Below are positions 39,401 through 51,299 of a stretch of DNA of 64,000 bases, one piece after another. This DNA is from Dissostichus eleginoides. Taxonomy: Eukaryota. The notes under the pieces are model-generated. The model ran no database searches. It worked only from the letters and a program-made list of their open reading frames with translations, and was not told the DNA's origin. Numbering within the stretch: position 1 is the stretch's first letter; the number at the start of each line of letters is the position of its first letter. The DNA lies in the NCBI GenBank assembly GCA_031216635.1, contig CM062274.1, forward strand, positions 26,356,913 through 26,420,912. The letters are read 5' to 3'. The position numbers and the translations under genes are program-made.

Positions 39401-40769
39401 TTAATAAGCGTAGTTTTTCAAATAAATTCAGCAAATTTTAGTTGATAAAAAAAAAACGCAATAACTTATTTAGATAGGAAGCTTGTAATATACCCTTCCC
39501 TTTTCACCTTATTATAATCAATCTGTGGCTTCTGTTTTAAGGAATGAGCTGCCAACAAATTGAATAAAACCCTATGGATAGTTGTGATATAGGGTGTTTT
39601 TTTCTTAGGTATCAAGCTAAATGTACCTTTGATTTATTTGGCTAACTTATAACTTAACTCATGAGGCAATATACATCACCTCTAGTGAGGGGCCCAGACC
39701 TTCGTACATTTTTATTGTTATAGCCCTTTTACATTACTTTGTTATGTTCCTACCTTGAGTCTTGAAATGTAATTTCTTTCTTTTTCTTTCTTTTCTTTTT
39801 CATAGAGTGATTCTGCCATAATATTTGAGGTTTTGATTGCAAACTATGTATTGGTCTAACTTATTGTAGTGATATTTTCTTTTTAAACTATGCTGTGCTC
39901 CCACTTTGCTTTTTTTACCTTGTCTTTGTACATGTTATGTATAAATATTTAATACATTCAATAAATACAAGTAAAATCAGGGGTTCATACAAGGTTCTAC
40001 GCCATGAAGTAATGTAAACTATCCTATACTGTATCCCAGGGCCTCATGACCATTTTTCCGCCAACCACAACAAAATGGAGAAACATTTCATGACTACTGA
40101 ATTTAAGATGCCATTCCAAATTCACCAACTAAGAGATCATGAAAAGAAAACACACAAATCCGCTTCCAATAATAGTAAAATATGATCCCCTTTTGGGTGT
40201 CATTCTCCAATAATGCCTTATCTTTTCATGTGTGTTGGTACTTGAAAAATGTCCTCAGGAAAGTCTAAGTCAGATTCATGAATACAGAATAGTCCTCGAC
40301 TGCATTCTAATGATGAATCCCATTGTCCTCACAAATTGAAAGTGCATGGCAGTTGATCCTAATTAGCATAAACGACACACCAATCACAGAAAAGGGCATG
40401 AGACTGCAAGGCTGAGTGCAAACCAGAGATGCAAACACAGAAACAGAGAAAGAAAATTCGACAGAAACTTGTCAAGAATGCCTAAACAAAAGCACAAGAA
40501 GGCGGAGCAAAACACTCCAAAGGTGAAGAATAATACATTTTTCTGAAGTGGAGGTACTTCTGCTGGATGTGAACAATCATCAATTATCACCTCATATTAA
40601 ATAATGTGTTTTCCAATAAACACAATTGGTGTGAATTGAAGTGTTACTATAGTGTTTATTTATTTGAATACTATATTGCTTCTGAAACTGAAACAGATAA
40701 AATAATTATGGAAGTGATACTGTACAAGCAATATTGTGATTTAAATCCCAACTGTATAAATTAATACAA

Positions 40770-41410
40770 ATTAAATATTCTTCACACTCGTAGATGTTAA
40801 TGTACTACTGGGGGTTTGTTTTTGTGCGGAAATCGTAAAGGGTGTGTGGACCAATTTTGAGTTGTGTGCGTTCAGGGCCGTCCCTGGCAACACTGAAAAA
40901 TAGCTCTAATAGGAGTGTACACAAAGCACAATGGGAGTCAGAGATCTTGGACTCAATTTCATAATAATCAGGATACATGTATTTATCATCCTTGCAAGAA
41001 TGGAAGTAGTCATCACATACAGAGCATTTGGGACAACTAGTTCCTGAACAGTGTCCTTCACATGCTTTATATGCAAGAGAGTGTTACAGTCACAAGATGC
41101 AGAATACCAGTTCAAAGCAGTATTCTATGTTTAGTTTAGATTAGCTGAGGCCCACGTCAGAAATGATCATGCTTGTCATATGTCTATCTCCATAGAGGCT
41201 GAATCATCATGTTAATCACATAGCTGTCATATGCCTAAAATAGTCCTGACGCTCTTCTAGGTAATCATACATCCTGTTACGTACACAGCTACGTAGGGCC
41301 TTTGTTACCATGTGTACTCTGATATTAGAAGAGTACATTCAGTATTTTCCCAACAAGAACAAACTTGATTTGATACTTTCTTCTTTCAATTCAACGTCTC
41401 AATGTGTGAC
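40770..41410 (-). repeat. Unclassified interspersed repeat (family D), copy 2, about 370 bp longer than copy 1
   Basis: It is the inverted partner of 35880-36200. An extra block at 40960-41340 is absent from copy 1. Confidence 0.65.
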
Positions 41411-43492
41411 TTCAACTGAGGCCTTTCAGGCAAGGGGGAGTTTGTGGGAAAGAACTTCGAGATTTTAGCCACATGCACAAGATAAATAAAAAATGCACTA
41501 CAGCAAAGGAAAACCCCAAAAAGCTACCCTTTAAATGAGAATAAAGCCTGAATAAGAAAACATGGTTGAATGTCAGAATCTCTGTGAATAATGCGTAATT
41601 GGGGTTTTAATGAATATATTTCTTTTTTTAAACTGGTTTGTTAATCTAGTTTAACCCAAAAGAAGGGAACTGAGATGAACCAACATCAGTTTTAATGATC
41701 TGTTCTGTCAGAAAATACTAAAAAGATGAGAAATTATTTTCCCAAGAAGTAAAGGCTCCTCGAGTGACACTGAGCTTACCTCCTGCTTTCTCTCATCTAC
41801 TCTGTTAAAAAAAAAAATAGATGCATCCAAAATCAAGCCTTAGTTTTTTGTCTTGAAAGTGAGTCTTAGTTTGCATGTCCCTTGCCCTTTTTCTAGCCAT
41901 TTTCACTAAAAGGCGTCCATATTTTTACATCTATGTATTTCTGTTTTCTCCCTCAGGTCACCAGAGGATATTCACACACCCACATGCCGTTATTCATCAG
42001 CCGCTCTCTCAGTAACCTGTATGGATTACACCACAAGTAAACTGTGCATACATAGAGTTGTAACTCTTTAGTGTTGACCATATCAATACATACTTGAGCA
42101 AACAGAGGATGGAGTAAACATTTGAAATCTATTGGCAATTGTTTTAAGCATGCTCAATAATAACTTACCTTTACGCAATGGATTCCCTGCTGAGCACTTC
42201 CTTTGTTTTCATATTTAATTCCATCTTATTCACAGAATGGCAGCAGAATATGGGTATTGATAAAACTGCCCTTTATTACCTGCAGAAAAACAATTATTTG
42301 TAAATAATAGCACCATACATGTCTACATGGACTGTGGTTGAACTAGAAGATTATACATTTGGGTTTGAATCTCAAGGAAGCCACCAAGAAAGTTTGCCTA
42401 TAAGTGAAGTTAACAAAACCAATGGGTGATCTCAGACAATATTTAAATAGACAGGTAAGTTTACAAATAATTGTGTGCGCTGCTTATTTAAAATTAACCA
42501 AAAATAAAGTACAACAAAGGATACCACAAAATAGGCTCCCTTTAAAACCTTGCAAGTTTTTTATGTAATTCAGCTTTCAAGCACTCAGATATCAATTAAT
42601 TATTAAGCAGCTTTATTAAAATGGGACGAGCAGCCAAGGTCACTATCAGTACCTGGGCTCATATGCAAGGTCGTCCTCTTTCTACTTCAATCTTTATAAT
42701 ATTGATTTCAGAAATTCCTGTCTCAATGTATAAAATCCTATGAAAAAAGATCCAGGATATCCATAAAGACAGAGAAGTCTCTATGTAGTCGTTTACAAGA
42801 ATGTTCTCCAATTGTAAAACACCTCTCAGACAGAGATGTGCTGTGGTAGCTGGAGGTTTCGAATGATACAATAATATTGATAATAATAAGATAATAGGAC
42901 TATAAACAGACAGAGTAGTAGAGGAGCACAAACAGCCTGTTACCCACTCAGACTGCCCTCAGCGACCTCATGCACCCTGTCGCCACATTTCTGACAGCCA
43001 GTCCTCCCACAAGTTCAGTCCCCAGGATAACAAGAGGTGTTTGACTCCTTGGACTCCGCTCTCAGCCACAACACTGACGGGCTCCTAAAAACTCGAGCTG
43101 ACAGAAACATGAGGCAGGGTGGCGAGGGGAGAGGAGGGGGGGGGCTGTAATGTCATTTGCCTGGAGACTTGTCGGCTCCTCGCCGAATGCCCCTCAGTGT
43201 TCTTGAGGACAATCGGAAGCAACAAGCTTCTTTTAAACACACAGTGGAGTCGAAATGAAGCCTAAGAAAAATATATATATAAAATATATATATTGTTAAA
43301 ATGTTTTCTTTTGGGTTATTTCGTTTTTTTAATTCATGTGCATTGACTTTATGACATGCTTCTGTATCATAAAATGTTCGACTTTTTTAGGATCTAACCT
43401 AAGATCAGGATACAAATTTCCTAATATTACATAAAAAATATGTTATCAGATAGCTCTGACATTTTTTAAAATTGGGATAACTGGCACAATTA

Positions 43493-43610
43493 AAGGGGCC
43501 TCATTATGCTTGTTGGGGTCGAAACGCCCATATTGGACTCCTTTGTTTACTTCAGTATCATAGAGACATCACTATGTATGTGATGAAGCACACACTCCCT
43601 CACTAACATC
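43493..43610 (+). mobile_element. MITE family A 5' fragment
   Basis: ttaa|AGGGGCCTCATTATGCTTGTTGGGG..ttacttcagtatcatagagacatcactatg. Confidence 0.55.
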
Positions 43611-44273
43611 TGGCTTAACTATTGTGTGTTAAGAAAGGTAAGCAATTTTGCTTCAGAATTGTCTTTATTGCATTTAAAGTTTATCATATCAAATATATAG
43701 GCAAATTAACATACTATGTATTTAAATGTATTTAACTTCTTAAAATGTCTTAAAGACACACAATCAAGAAAGGAATCACCATTACCTTTGTTCAGACCTG
43801 GAAGCCATCTTGTGCCCGCTCAAAGGGTAGGTGGAGTCTTGGATGTCATTGGTCAGAAAATGTGTGATGTAATGTATGCCAATTAACTTAAAACGATCCA
43901 TTTTTAGCAGATCTTGTTTGTTTTTAATGTACAATATTTTTGTAGATAAAATGATGAATTTATTTAGGCCTTGAAGATTTTGTTACATGTAGAAAACAAT
44001 GTTTCATTTTGTATTTAACTCTTCACTCCCCTGTTCAGAGTCATGACCTGATTGGTTGAATTGGGAAGGCAGGCAATCAGCTATAAAAGTGACTGGGAAG
44101 AGAGGGGAGGGGTGGCATTTGTTCCCTTGCTGCTGAAAGAGCAGCACCAGCCATGTAGAGAAAAAGCAGGTTATGTTTGAAAGCTAAAAATAAAATGCCT
44201 GTTTTTTTTAAAGAAGAACGCCCTCTCTGCTTGTGATGTTTTATCACCTGAGCCTAACATTGCAACAATGTAA

Positions 44274-44325
44274 CACTCACGATTCTATTGGCTACGCTCC
44301 AACACCTTGTACGTAGTGATGGCGA
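44274..44325 (+). mobile_element. MITE family A internal fragment
   Basis: cactcacgattctattggctacgctccaacaccttgtacgtagtgatggcg. Confidence 0.45.
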
Positions 44326-46217
44326 GATGAATCCTTATGAAGCTCTGAAGCTTTCCGGCCAAGTGGTTCACAAAAGGGATCATCTCATGAGGCTTCATTT
44401 GAACACAAACCCCCCTGTTGGTCAAAGTGTGTAAAACAGGCAGATTTGAATTAGATACAATAAAAAAAAAAATAAGATCCATGATGCAAAAGCCTTTATA
44501 TATATGTTAGGAGATGTGTGAAGTGATTTAATTTTTTTTATTTAGTTTTATTGTAATGGAATACCTTTTTAAAGTAATCCTCTCAACTCTGCTTATGTGT
44601 GTTGAGTCTGCAGTGTTTGAGCCCTGTGACTGCAGATTGAATCTACTAAAAGCATTGTAGGATTATTTTGTCCCAATATGCTAGATGACAGTTTTCAGGA
44701 CACAATGAAGGTCTTACACTATTCACAACTGACAACAAAGCAGGGAGATGCCTCTGCAGGAAAAAATCAAACTTGAGGATATAAAATAAAATAAAAAATC
44801 TGGTATGTAAGGGAAAACATTAGTTTCTAAAGGATTTAGTGCCAAAATATGTCAGATTAAGGCAACAAATTAATAAAAGAAAAATTGCAAAACATAGGAA
44901 AAGGTTGTTGTCCAGAGGTGGACTGTAACTAGGCATATTTTGTTAGGCTTTGTTCACATTTTATGCAACTTTATGCGTCTAATCTACACCTTAGGCTAAA
45001 ATAGGACATTTTATAGATGGCTTGTCCCTGCATGTAGCTGCTTGCATCTTTACAGTTTCCCCTTGCCTCACCAGCTCTGTCATCTTCAGGATTAATTACC
45101 TTGAAGCTTGTTAATTCCCTTGGGAGTGACATAAATACCTAACAGCTCTCTTACATTCAACAACATTGTTAACGCTTTCAAAAGTGCATTAATTAGCAAG
45201 ACCAGGAGACGAAATGTAGTCATCATAATCTAGATCTTAAACTATAAAAAAATGTCTTTAATCTTATTTTAATTTGATTCAAAAGCCAATTACCGACCAA
45301 GTGTAATTTTTTTGAGTTCTTTTTTTAATCACACAGGAACCTCCCAAGCCGCCAATAATTTGGTATTCTTTGTGATAATTGCCATTCTTTGATTTCTGAG
45401 GATAAAAAAGTGTAAAGAGCGCCATGCAATGTCGAAACAATATGTGCAAAAACTGTAGTTTTATATATTACTCAAATCTTTCTTGAAAATGAAATCACTG
45501 ATACAGTGTTATCATGTTTTAAAAGTTTGTCAGATCAAAAAGAGAAAGAAAATTAAAGTCTGTAATACCAATTATGCTTATAGTGGGAGTATGATATAAG
45601 GTCATACAGTATAGGAATATATCTCATATTTAAACAAGAATTACCAGTGTCCTTGTGCAAATGAGAAACAGCTTCTAGCTTTTTTGATCACAGAATTAAA
45701 GCAAGTTTCAAATCCACTAACTGTACTTCCTTGTGAGTGCTCATGCTTTAAAGTGGTTGTGACACGGTTTTCCCCCATCATCCAAACCATTAATTTCAGT
45801 AAATAATGTCCCCTTGAAACCGTTACTGAAGTGATTTTTGAAAATGTGTACTTTGATAACCGTTAATCTGCCCTTCAATGTGACCATATTCTGGATCTTC
45901 TCTGGGTCTGCTCTGGGATTCTTAAACTCCCGCGAAAAGGTGTGCCGCGTCACAGAGGGAACACGAACGCTTCCGGAGTCCAGTATCTGTATGCAAACAA
46001 ACGATGGCGCACACAGCAGCAAGCTCCGACTGCGATTGTAGTTTAATTTTGAATGTGTCTGAGAGCTCATATGAGGATGAAGCATCTGATAGTGATAGCC
46101 TCGTAGACGATATTGACTATATGCCCTACAGATTCGAACCATATGCCTCTGAATCGGATGAAATTAACTCCGAGTCGGACAGTGGAGACGACAACCCCCC
46201 CGACTCTTTCCCTCCCT

Positions 46218-46221
<4 letters not shown>

Positions 46222-46276
<55 letters not shown>

Positions 46277-46279
46277 ACA
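46222..46279. repeat. (CA)n microsatellite of about 28 units, inside the THAP element and just 3' of its splice donor
   Basis: Direct reading. Confidence 0.9.
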
Positions 46280-46324
46280 GAGTATCCTAAAAAACACATC
46301 ACGTTTAAAGGTTGTTGTTCTTAC

Positions 46325-46723
46325 CTGAGTTTTCTCTTGTTGCTCGAAGTAGGCACTTCGGGGGCGTTTAGCTGGGGGGTTGGCGAAGTCTTTGCGGCCT
46401 TTACGGATTTGGGAAGGCGTGGGAAAGAGAGTAGGCACTGCTGACGGCTTCAGAATCCGTCTTCGCGAAAAATCAATCCCAGTTTCAGCCATCAACAAAG
46501 GCCTTTCCTCGAAATTCTCGGCCAGAAAGTGGGCGCTGCATATGTAGGTCGATGTGGGGTTCATCACAGACCAGCCAGCCCTTGTGTTCGGCACGTTTTT
46601 CTCCCATGTGCGCTGACGCTTGACATCCGTTGGAAAGCTATGTATGCTGATGTTAAGTTCCTCATTTGCTGTATTGGAACAGCCAGACACAACGCATCGT
46701 CGAACCATCTCTACGCGTGACAA
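46325..46723 (-). CDS. THAP-type zinc-finger DNA-binding domain exon (first coding exon) ending at a CAG|GTAAGA donor
   Basis: M(SRVE)MVRRCVVSGCSN..ISIHSFPTD..RQRTWEKNV..W.P..YICSAHF..RRILKPSAVPTLF has the THAP signature: C-x4-C ... C-x2-H, FP, W, P and AVPT(I/L)F. The likely start is the MV.. Met at 46708. The frame ends in phase 0 at 46325, immediately before gtaagaac on the minus strand. Confidence 0.7.
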
Positions 46724-46900
46724 ATCCCTTCTGTCCCTGTCTGGCTCAATGGGAGCAGAATAAATATGGCCCTTTGTGACGCACTTCCGCCTTCGTCCCG
46801 AAAAAGGAAACTGAGTGATGGACTTTTCCCGCGATATTCGAAATTATTGATATTTATCAATACGGTATCGCAAATTCATTTTTAAACTGATGGTTCGAGA
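46724..46900 (-). promoter_or_regulatory. Putative promoter/5' flank of the THAP exon, with an E2F-like TTTCCCGCGA site and a GGAAGTG (ETS-like) site
   Basis: On the minus strand, atatcgcgggaaaagtcc and ggcggaagtgcgtcac lie 60-130 bp upstream of the ATG. This is inference only. Confidence 0.25.
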
Positions 46901-47879
46901 TGACTAGTAGCCCAACATTGCATTGCACAACAGTAGGTGGGATGGTGTCACAACCACTTTAAGAATTCTTCTTCCTCCTCATTTGGATGATAATACAGAG
47001 TTGGCTCTTCTCACAGAGGAAAAAGTTATCTTGCAGAAGAACTTGAGCTTTGAGGTGTAAAATTTCGATATGCTTTCATCGACTGTTGAACATGTAAAAA
47101 TAGAAGTGGAAAATGAGAACGGGCCACTGACAAAAAGATACGAACAAATAAAAGCATAGAGCCGGAGAGAAAACAGGGAAGAGAGGGATTGATGTTTCTT
47201 TTTTGTTCAGGCAGTTCCTGTGACTCACCGAGAGAACTGTGAGCTTTTCAATTCCCTCCAGATACCCACATTTCTGATATAGGTTCTTATTATTTTCAGA
47301 CTTCTTTATATTCAAAATGAAACTTATAATCATTGTAATATCATTTCGATAAGGGTAGGGCACTGAGTCTGACTTAAAGCACACTTCATTAAGCTTTTCA
47401 TCACAAAATTAGCATCCATCCTCACAGAGAGCCCAGCATGTTGTCTGGGATCCAAATATGCTTCAAAGGATTCATACAAAAAAAGACAGAGAGACAAAAG
47501 AAGATGTACTGGTTGATGGCTTCGTGGATGTATTTTCTTTGTATTTTCTACTTTAAATTATAAAAACAAAGCCTTAAAAAAGACGCTATAGTACAGGTTT
47601 CAATAAAAACACTATACAATGGTGCTATTGCATGTTACTGTCCACATCAAACTACATAGATACTGTAGATAACCCTAACTCTAGTAAACAGGGTGCTTAA
47701 AATCAACAGGATCAACCATTTGCCAATAGCCGTGTTTAATCTCCACAAACAGAAAATGTTTCCCCACACTTCGACGGGATATATTTTAACTTTTATAATA
47801 TTACATTTATTGCGTTTTTACACCATATTGGTATTACAAAATATTTTTGACAGAACAGCAAGACAAGGGTAGGTAGCAC

Positions 47880-48570
47880 AAGAGCAGTCGCACCAGTTAT
47901 TTTTTGCGGCAAAATCAATTAATTGAAATGCAATTGCTACACAGCCTGTCCTCCTCCAAAAAACGACCAAATAGGTTGATTGTTCAGCAGCTTATTACGA
48001 CCTAGAGTCACGTTTTTAAGTTTAGCACCTCTAGTGGTCTTGTAAGAAACGACAATTTGTGGCATATGCTCCCGTTGATTGCAAACGCTCCGGAGGGTCG
48101 TACATTCACAAATAACCCTCTCTGGAAAATCCTAAATTGTAGGATAGTTTGGCCATTAAAATGCTTTTTGATTAGATTGCTAGCGAGAAGTGTATATTGT
48201 ACTTTTAGAATCCACGTCCAGTGGATGTGTAGGATCTATAGTTTGATAGATATTACGAAGATGATTTGAGGTCTCGTCAGGAGAACGTTAATATACTACG
48301 TCTTTCCCCACAGCGTCCATGTAAAGTTGGCGTCAACCCTCATGGGGTGAAAACAGTATTTCCGGTCTCGAAGTTTTCATAATAAAACCGGAAGTATTCC
48401 CCTCACTGTCAAATGATGTCACAGTGATATATCTGCAGTACTCATCCACTAAAAAACATCAGTTCATCCTTGTTAATTACACAACATTGATTGTTTTAAA
48501 TGGTGTACAATGCTTTTGTGTTTTTAACCTTCGATTCGGAGAAAAAAAAAGTTTTTGGGGAGTTTAGGAT
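47880..48570 (+). repeat. Left arm of a large inverted repeat (about 650-690 bp arm with internal about 38-bp subrepeats)
   Basis: It is the reverse complement of 51300-52020 at about 85-90% identity. For example ctcccgttgattgcaaacgctccggagggtcgta(c/t)attcacaaataaccctctctggaaaatcctaaattgtaggatagtttggc appears in both arms. The mirror ORFs 48057-48269 (+) and 51613-51798 (-) encode the same peptide. Confidence 0.8.
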
Positions 48571-51299
48571 CAGTGGCGGAGCTGGGTCACCACGGGGGCC
48601 CAAACAATTTTAGAACATTAAGAAAAAAAATGTTAAGTAACCTTTCATCATTCATCAATAATTAACATTAATAGGACGTTATATCGATAATGTACTCACT
48701 AAACTTACAATTAATTTAACTTATTTTCTTCCAAAAGTGAATTATCCAAAGCCTCTGTACGCCCCCTTCTATTTACATGTAATGGTTTGGTCCTGCCTCC
48801 AAACGCAGTGCAGCACCGCCGGCACTTTCTAGCAGAGAGTGAGAGCATGTGAGGAGCAGGGATGCTAGTACTTACGTGTGTACCATGTCTCAACGACTAA
48901 CAAAGTCAGGCTTTCAAAAGAGAAAAGAAAGGAGAGAAAGACAAGAGAGGGCAACAGTATGTCACCCAGTTTTTCAAAGAAAAGGTGGGTGTGGTCCATG
49001 AGTGGTGGAAATGTGTCTGTTAGCTAAGCGTAGTCCATTGTAAATAATACTTTTTATGTTTTTTTTTTACTAAGCTGACATTAAGTACTGTTAATATCTA
49101 TACAGGTTTTTAATTTCTCTGCTCTTTTAGCTGACATTTAATAAATGCAGGTACATTTTTAGCAGCTATTCATACTAAATCAGTTGTCCCTCCCCCTGGT
49201 GCCAGGACCAACAGATCCATCCTTAGGCTCAGCAGCCCTGTCCCCCCATAATGCTGAACCAGCTTTTCTCCCAACTGAAGGAGGTGAGCAGCATTGTGTT
49301 GAATGTCACTGAAGGGAGACTGGAATACAAAATATATATATATCAAAACAAAAAGCTAACATCTAATTTCAATTACACATTTCAAACACAGTATTTTCCC
49401 ACATATTTAAGTTACATTTATTTGGATTTATGCATTCATGTTGAGAATGTTCCATTCAAAAATGTTATTATTAAAAAGGCATTTACACCATAAAAGATGA
49501 CTATTGAGATCTATTGTCAGGAATGTTAGTCTTATATCAAATAGTGAATTCTACTGCAGCAGAATGTTGCACGTCTGCACAGTGTTATATTTTCACAGCT
49601 CAGTGTCAGTAGTTATTGTGCGGTTAGTATTGGACTACAAGATAGATGCAAGCCTGTACAGGCAGAGTTATTTAAAGCATAAATGAGTCGGTTGGGTTCT
49701 GGAGGTGTGGTTACAGCAATTGTGCTTGGTTGGCGTGGCCTGGGCCTGTTGGTGGGGGCCAATGTGATATCTTTTCATGGGGCGCATTTAGTACCCAATA
49801 GCATTGTGAGGCTGAACAAAAGGACCTTTTGACTATGTAAATGTAGTCTTTTAAAAAAACAAAACATTTGCTGATTTGCTTTTTTAGGATAGCTTAAAGT
49901 AATGTTGTAAAATTACAACCGGGGGCCTTACACGGTTAAGGGCTATTGTTTATTGTTATTTACTTTAAGATGTTTATTCTTAACCAATAACTTATTTAAA
50001 TGATGATGTGTGTGTCTCTGTATTCCTGATGATACACTGAGAGAATGAGCTCATAGTGCTGCTGATCACCATAAGCTAAACAGTCTGTATATTGCATTAC
50101 ATTTGTATAATGTAAGCTTCATTGATACTTTGCCTGCGGGAATAGGAAAAAAATTGTTAGATATACTGAATATTATTTGATCTATTCCTCCACTTAATCC
50201 CAAATAATGTAGAGGTGTGTTGTAGGTGCCTTAAATAACCCCTTATTTTCTAGTGAGATGTATTTTTATGTTCATATAATAGTGATTTCAATGCCACCAC
50301 AAAATGATCACTGGTTCCATCCTGGCCACCCCACTGTTTAGGATGGCCGAAGACACTACATTACCCATAATCCTCAGCTATCGTTTGGGACTACAACATC
50401 CGCTTTGCTTGCCAACCCCTATGATTAGTCCTCAAGCTCTGTGATTGGATGTTGGAATGGCAGTGCGCCAAGGTTACGCCGTGCTCTTTGAAATGGAATG
50501 AAACCATGGCAGACTATCCAAAACTGGACTCGAACGGGACTTTGTATTATTAGTGCAGGACATTTATGTATGTATAACATCTGAAGATGTGTAGTTTTAT
50601 TCATGTTTTCACATAATTTTACAGGATATTGCTATATTATTTCACATATTGTAGTTCTACACATTAATATCTGATTTGTAAAACATCACAGACAGAAAGG
50701 TATATCTGTCATTTAATGGTAAGCTATTGAAATTCTGATTCCATAGATGTGTCTCCCATCACCCAAAAACCCCTGACTATTCTCTCAACTCAGTATTTAC
50801 ATTCTTATATTCAAAGAAAATCAGTAATATCTTTAAAAACTACAAGTCCCTGTCTATCAGCTGTGCACCGTTATGGGGTAAATAAAGCCTATGTACCAAT
50901 TGGATCGAATATAAAAGTCAGCCGAATTAGTATTTATACTGCAAGGAGACGTATTGTGTGAAGAGAAATTGAAGATGTTGTTTAATTGCTGATATATTTA
51001 TGATCCACGTCACGTATTCAGTTTCGGTGGCAGTTCTTCCATTTTGTCCAAAAGTCTTCTAATCAGGGCTCTATAAATAAAGAAATACGGCAGATGTGTA
51101 ATATTTAATGCAGCCGAACCGTGTATGTGAGAAAAGCAAGCACACGCGGAATAAAGTTTTTTTTTTTTTTTTTTTATGTTTTCGGAATTCACATCGCCAT
51201 AGACACCATATCCCAACGTGCATTGCGGCTAAAACATCCAATCACCGAGCTTCAACGATAGCTGAGGATTATGGGTAGTTCGATGTTTTAGCATCAAAA

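Larger units (their letters stand above)
45752..46958. mobile_element. 1.2-kb TIR element with a TTAA TSD that carries a THAP-domain exon (candidate Kolobok/piggyBac-type non-autonomous transposon, or a domesticated derivative)
   Basis: ttaa|AGTGGTTGTGACACGG at 45748-45767 pairs with GGTGTCACAACCACT|ttaa at 46944-46962. The TIR is 15-16 bp and the TTAA duplication is exact. Confidence 0.7.

Noticed and set aside
46004-46444. Plus-strand 146-aa ORF with acidic Ser/Asp/Glu-rich peptide, and minus-strand 218-aa read-through past the THAP domain into CVCVCV
   Set aside because: The minus-strand frame beyond the CAG|GTAAGA donor at 46325 runs through a (CA)n microsatellite and is intronic at best. 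The plus-strand acidic ORF and the minus-strand ORF 45741-46142 are mirror images, and GAx-rich acidic frames force the antisense frame open. I cannot tell which, if either, is coding, so only the THAP exon is called.
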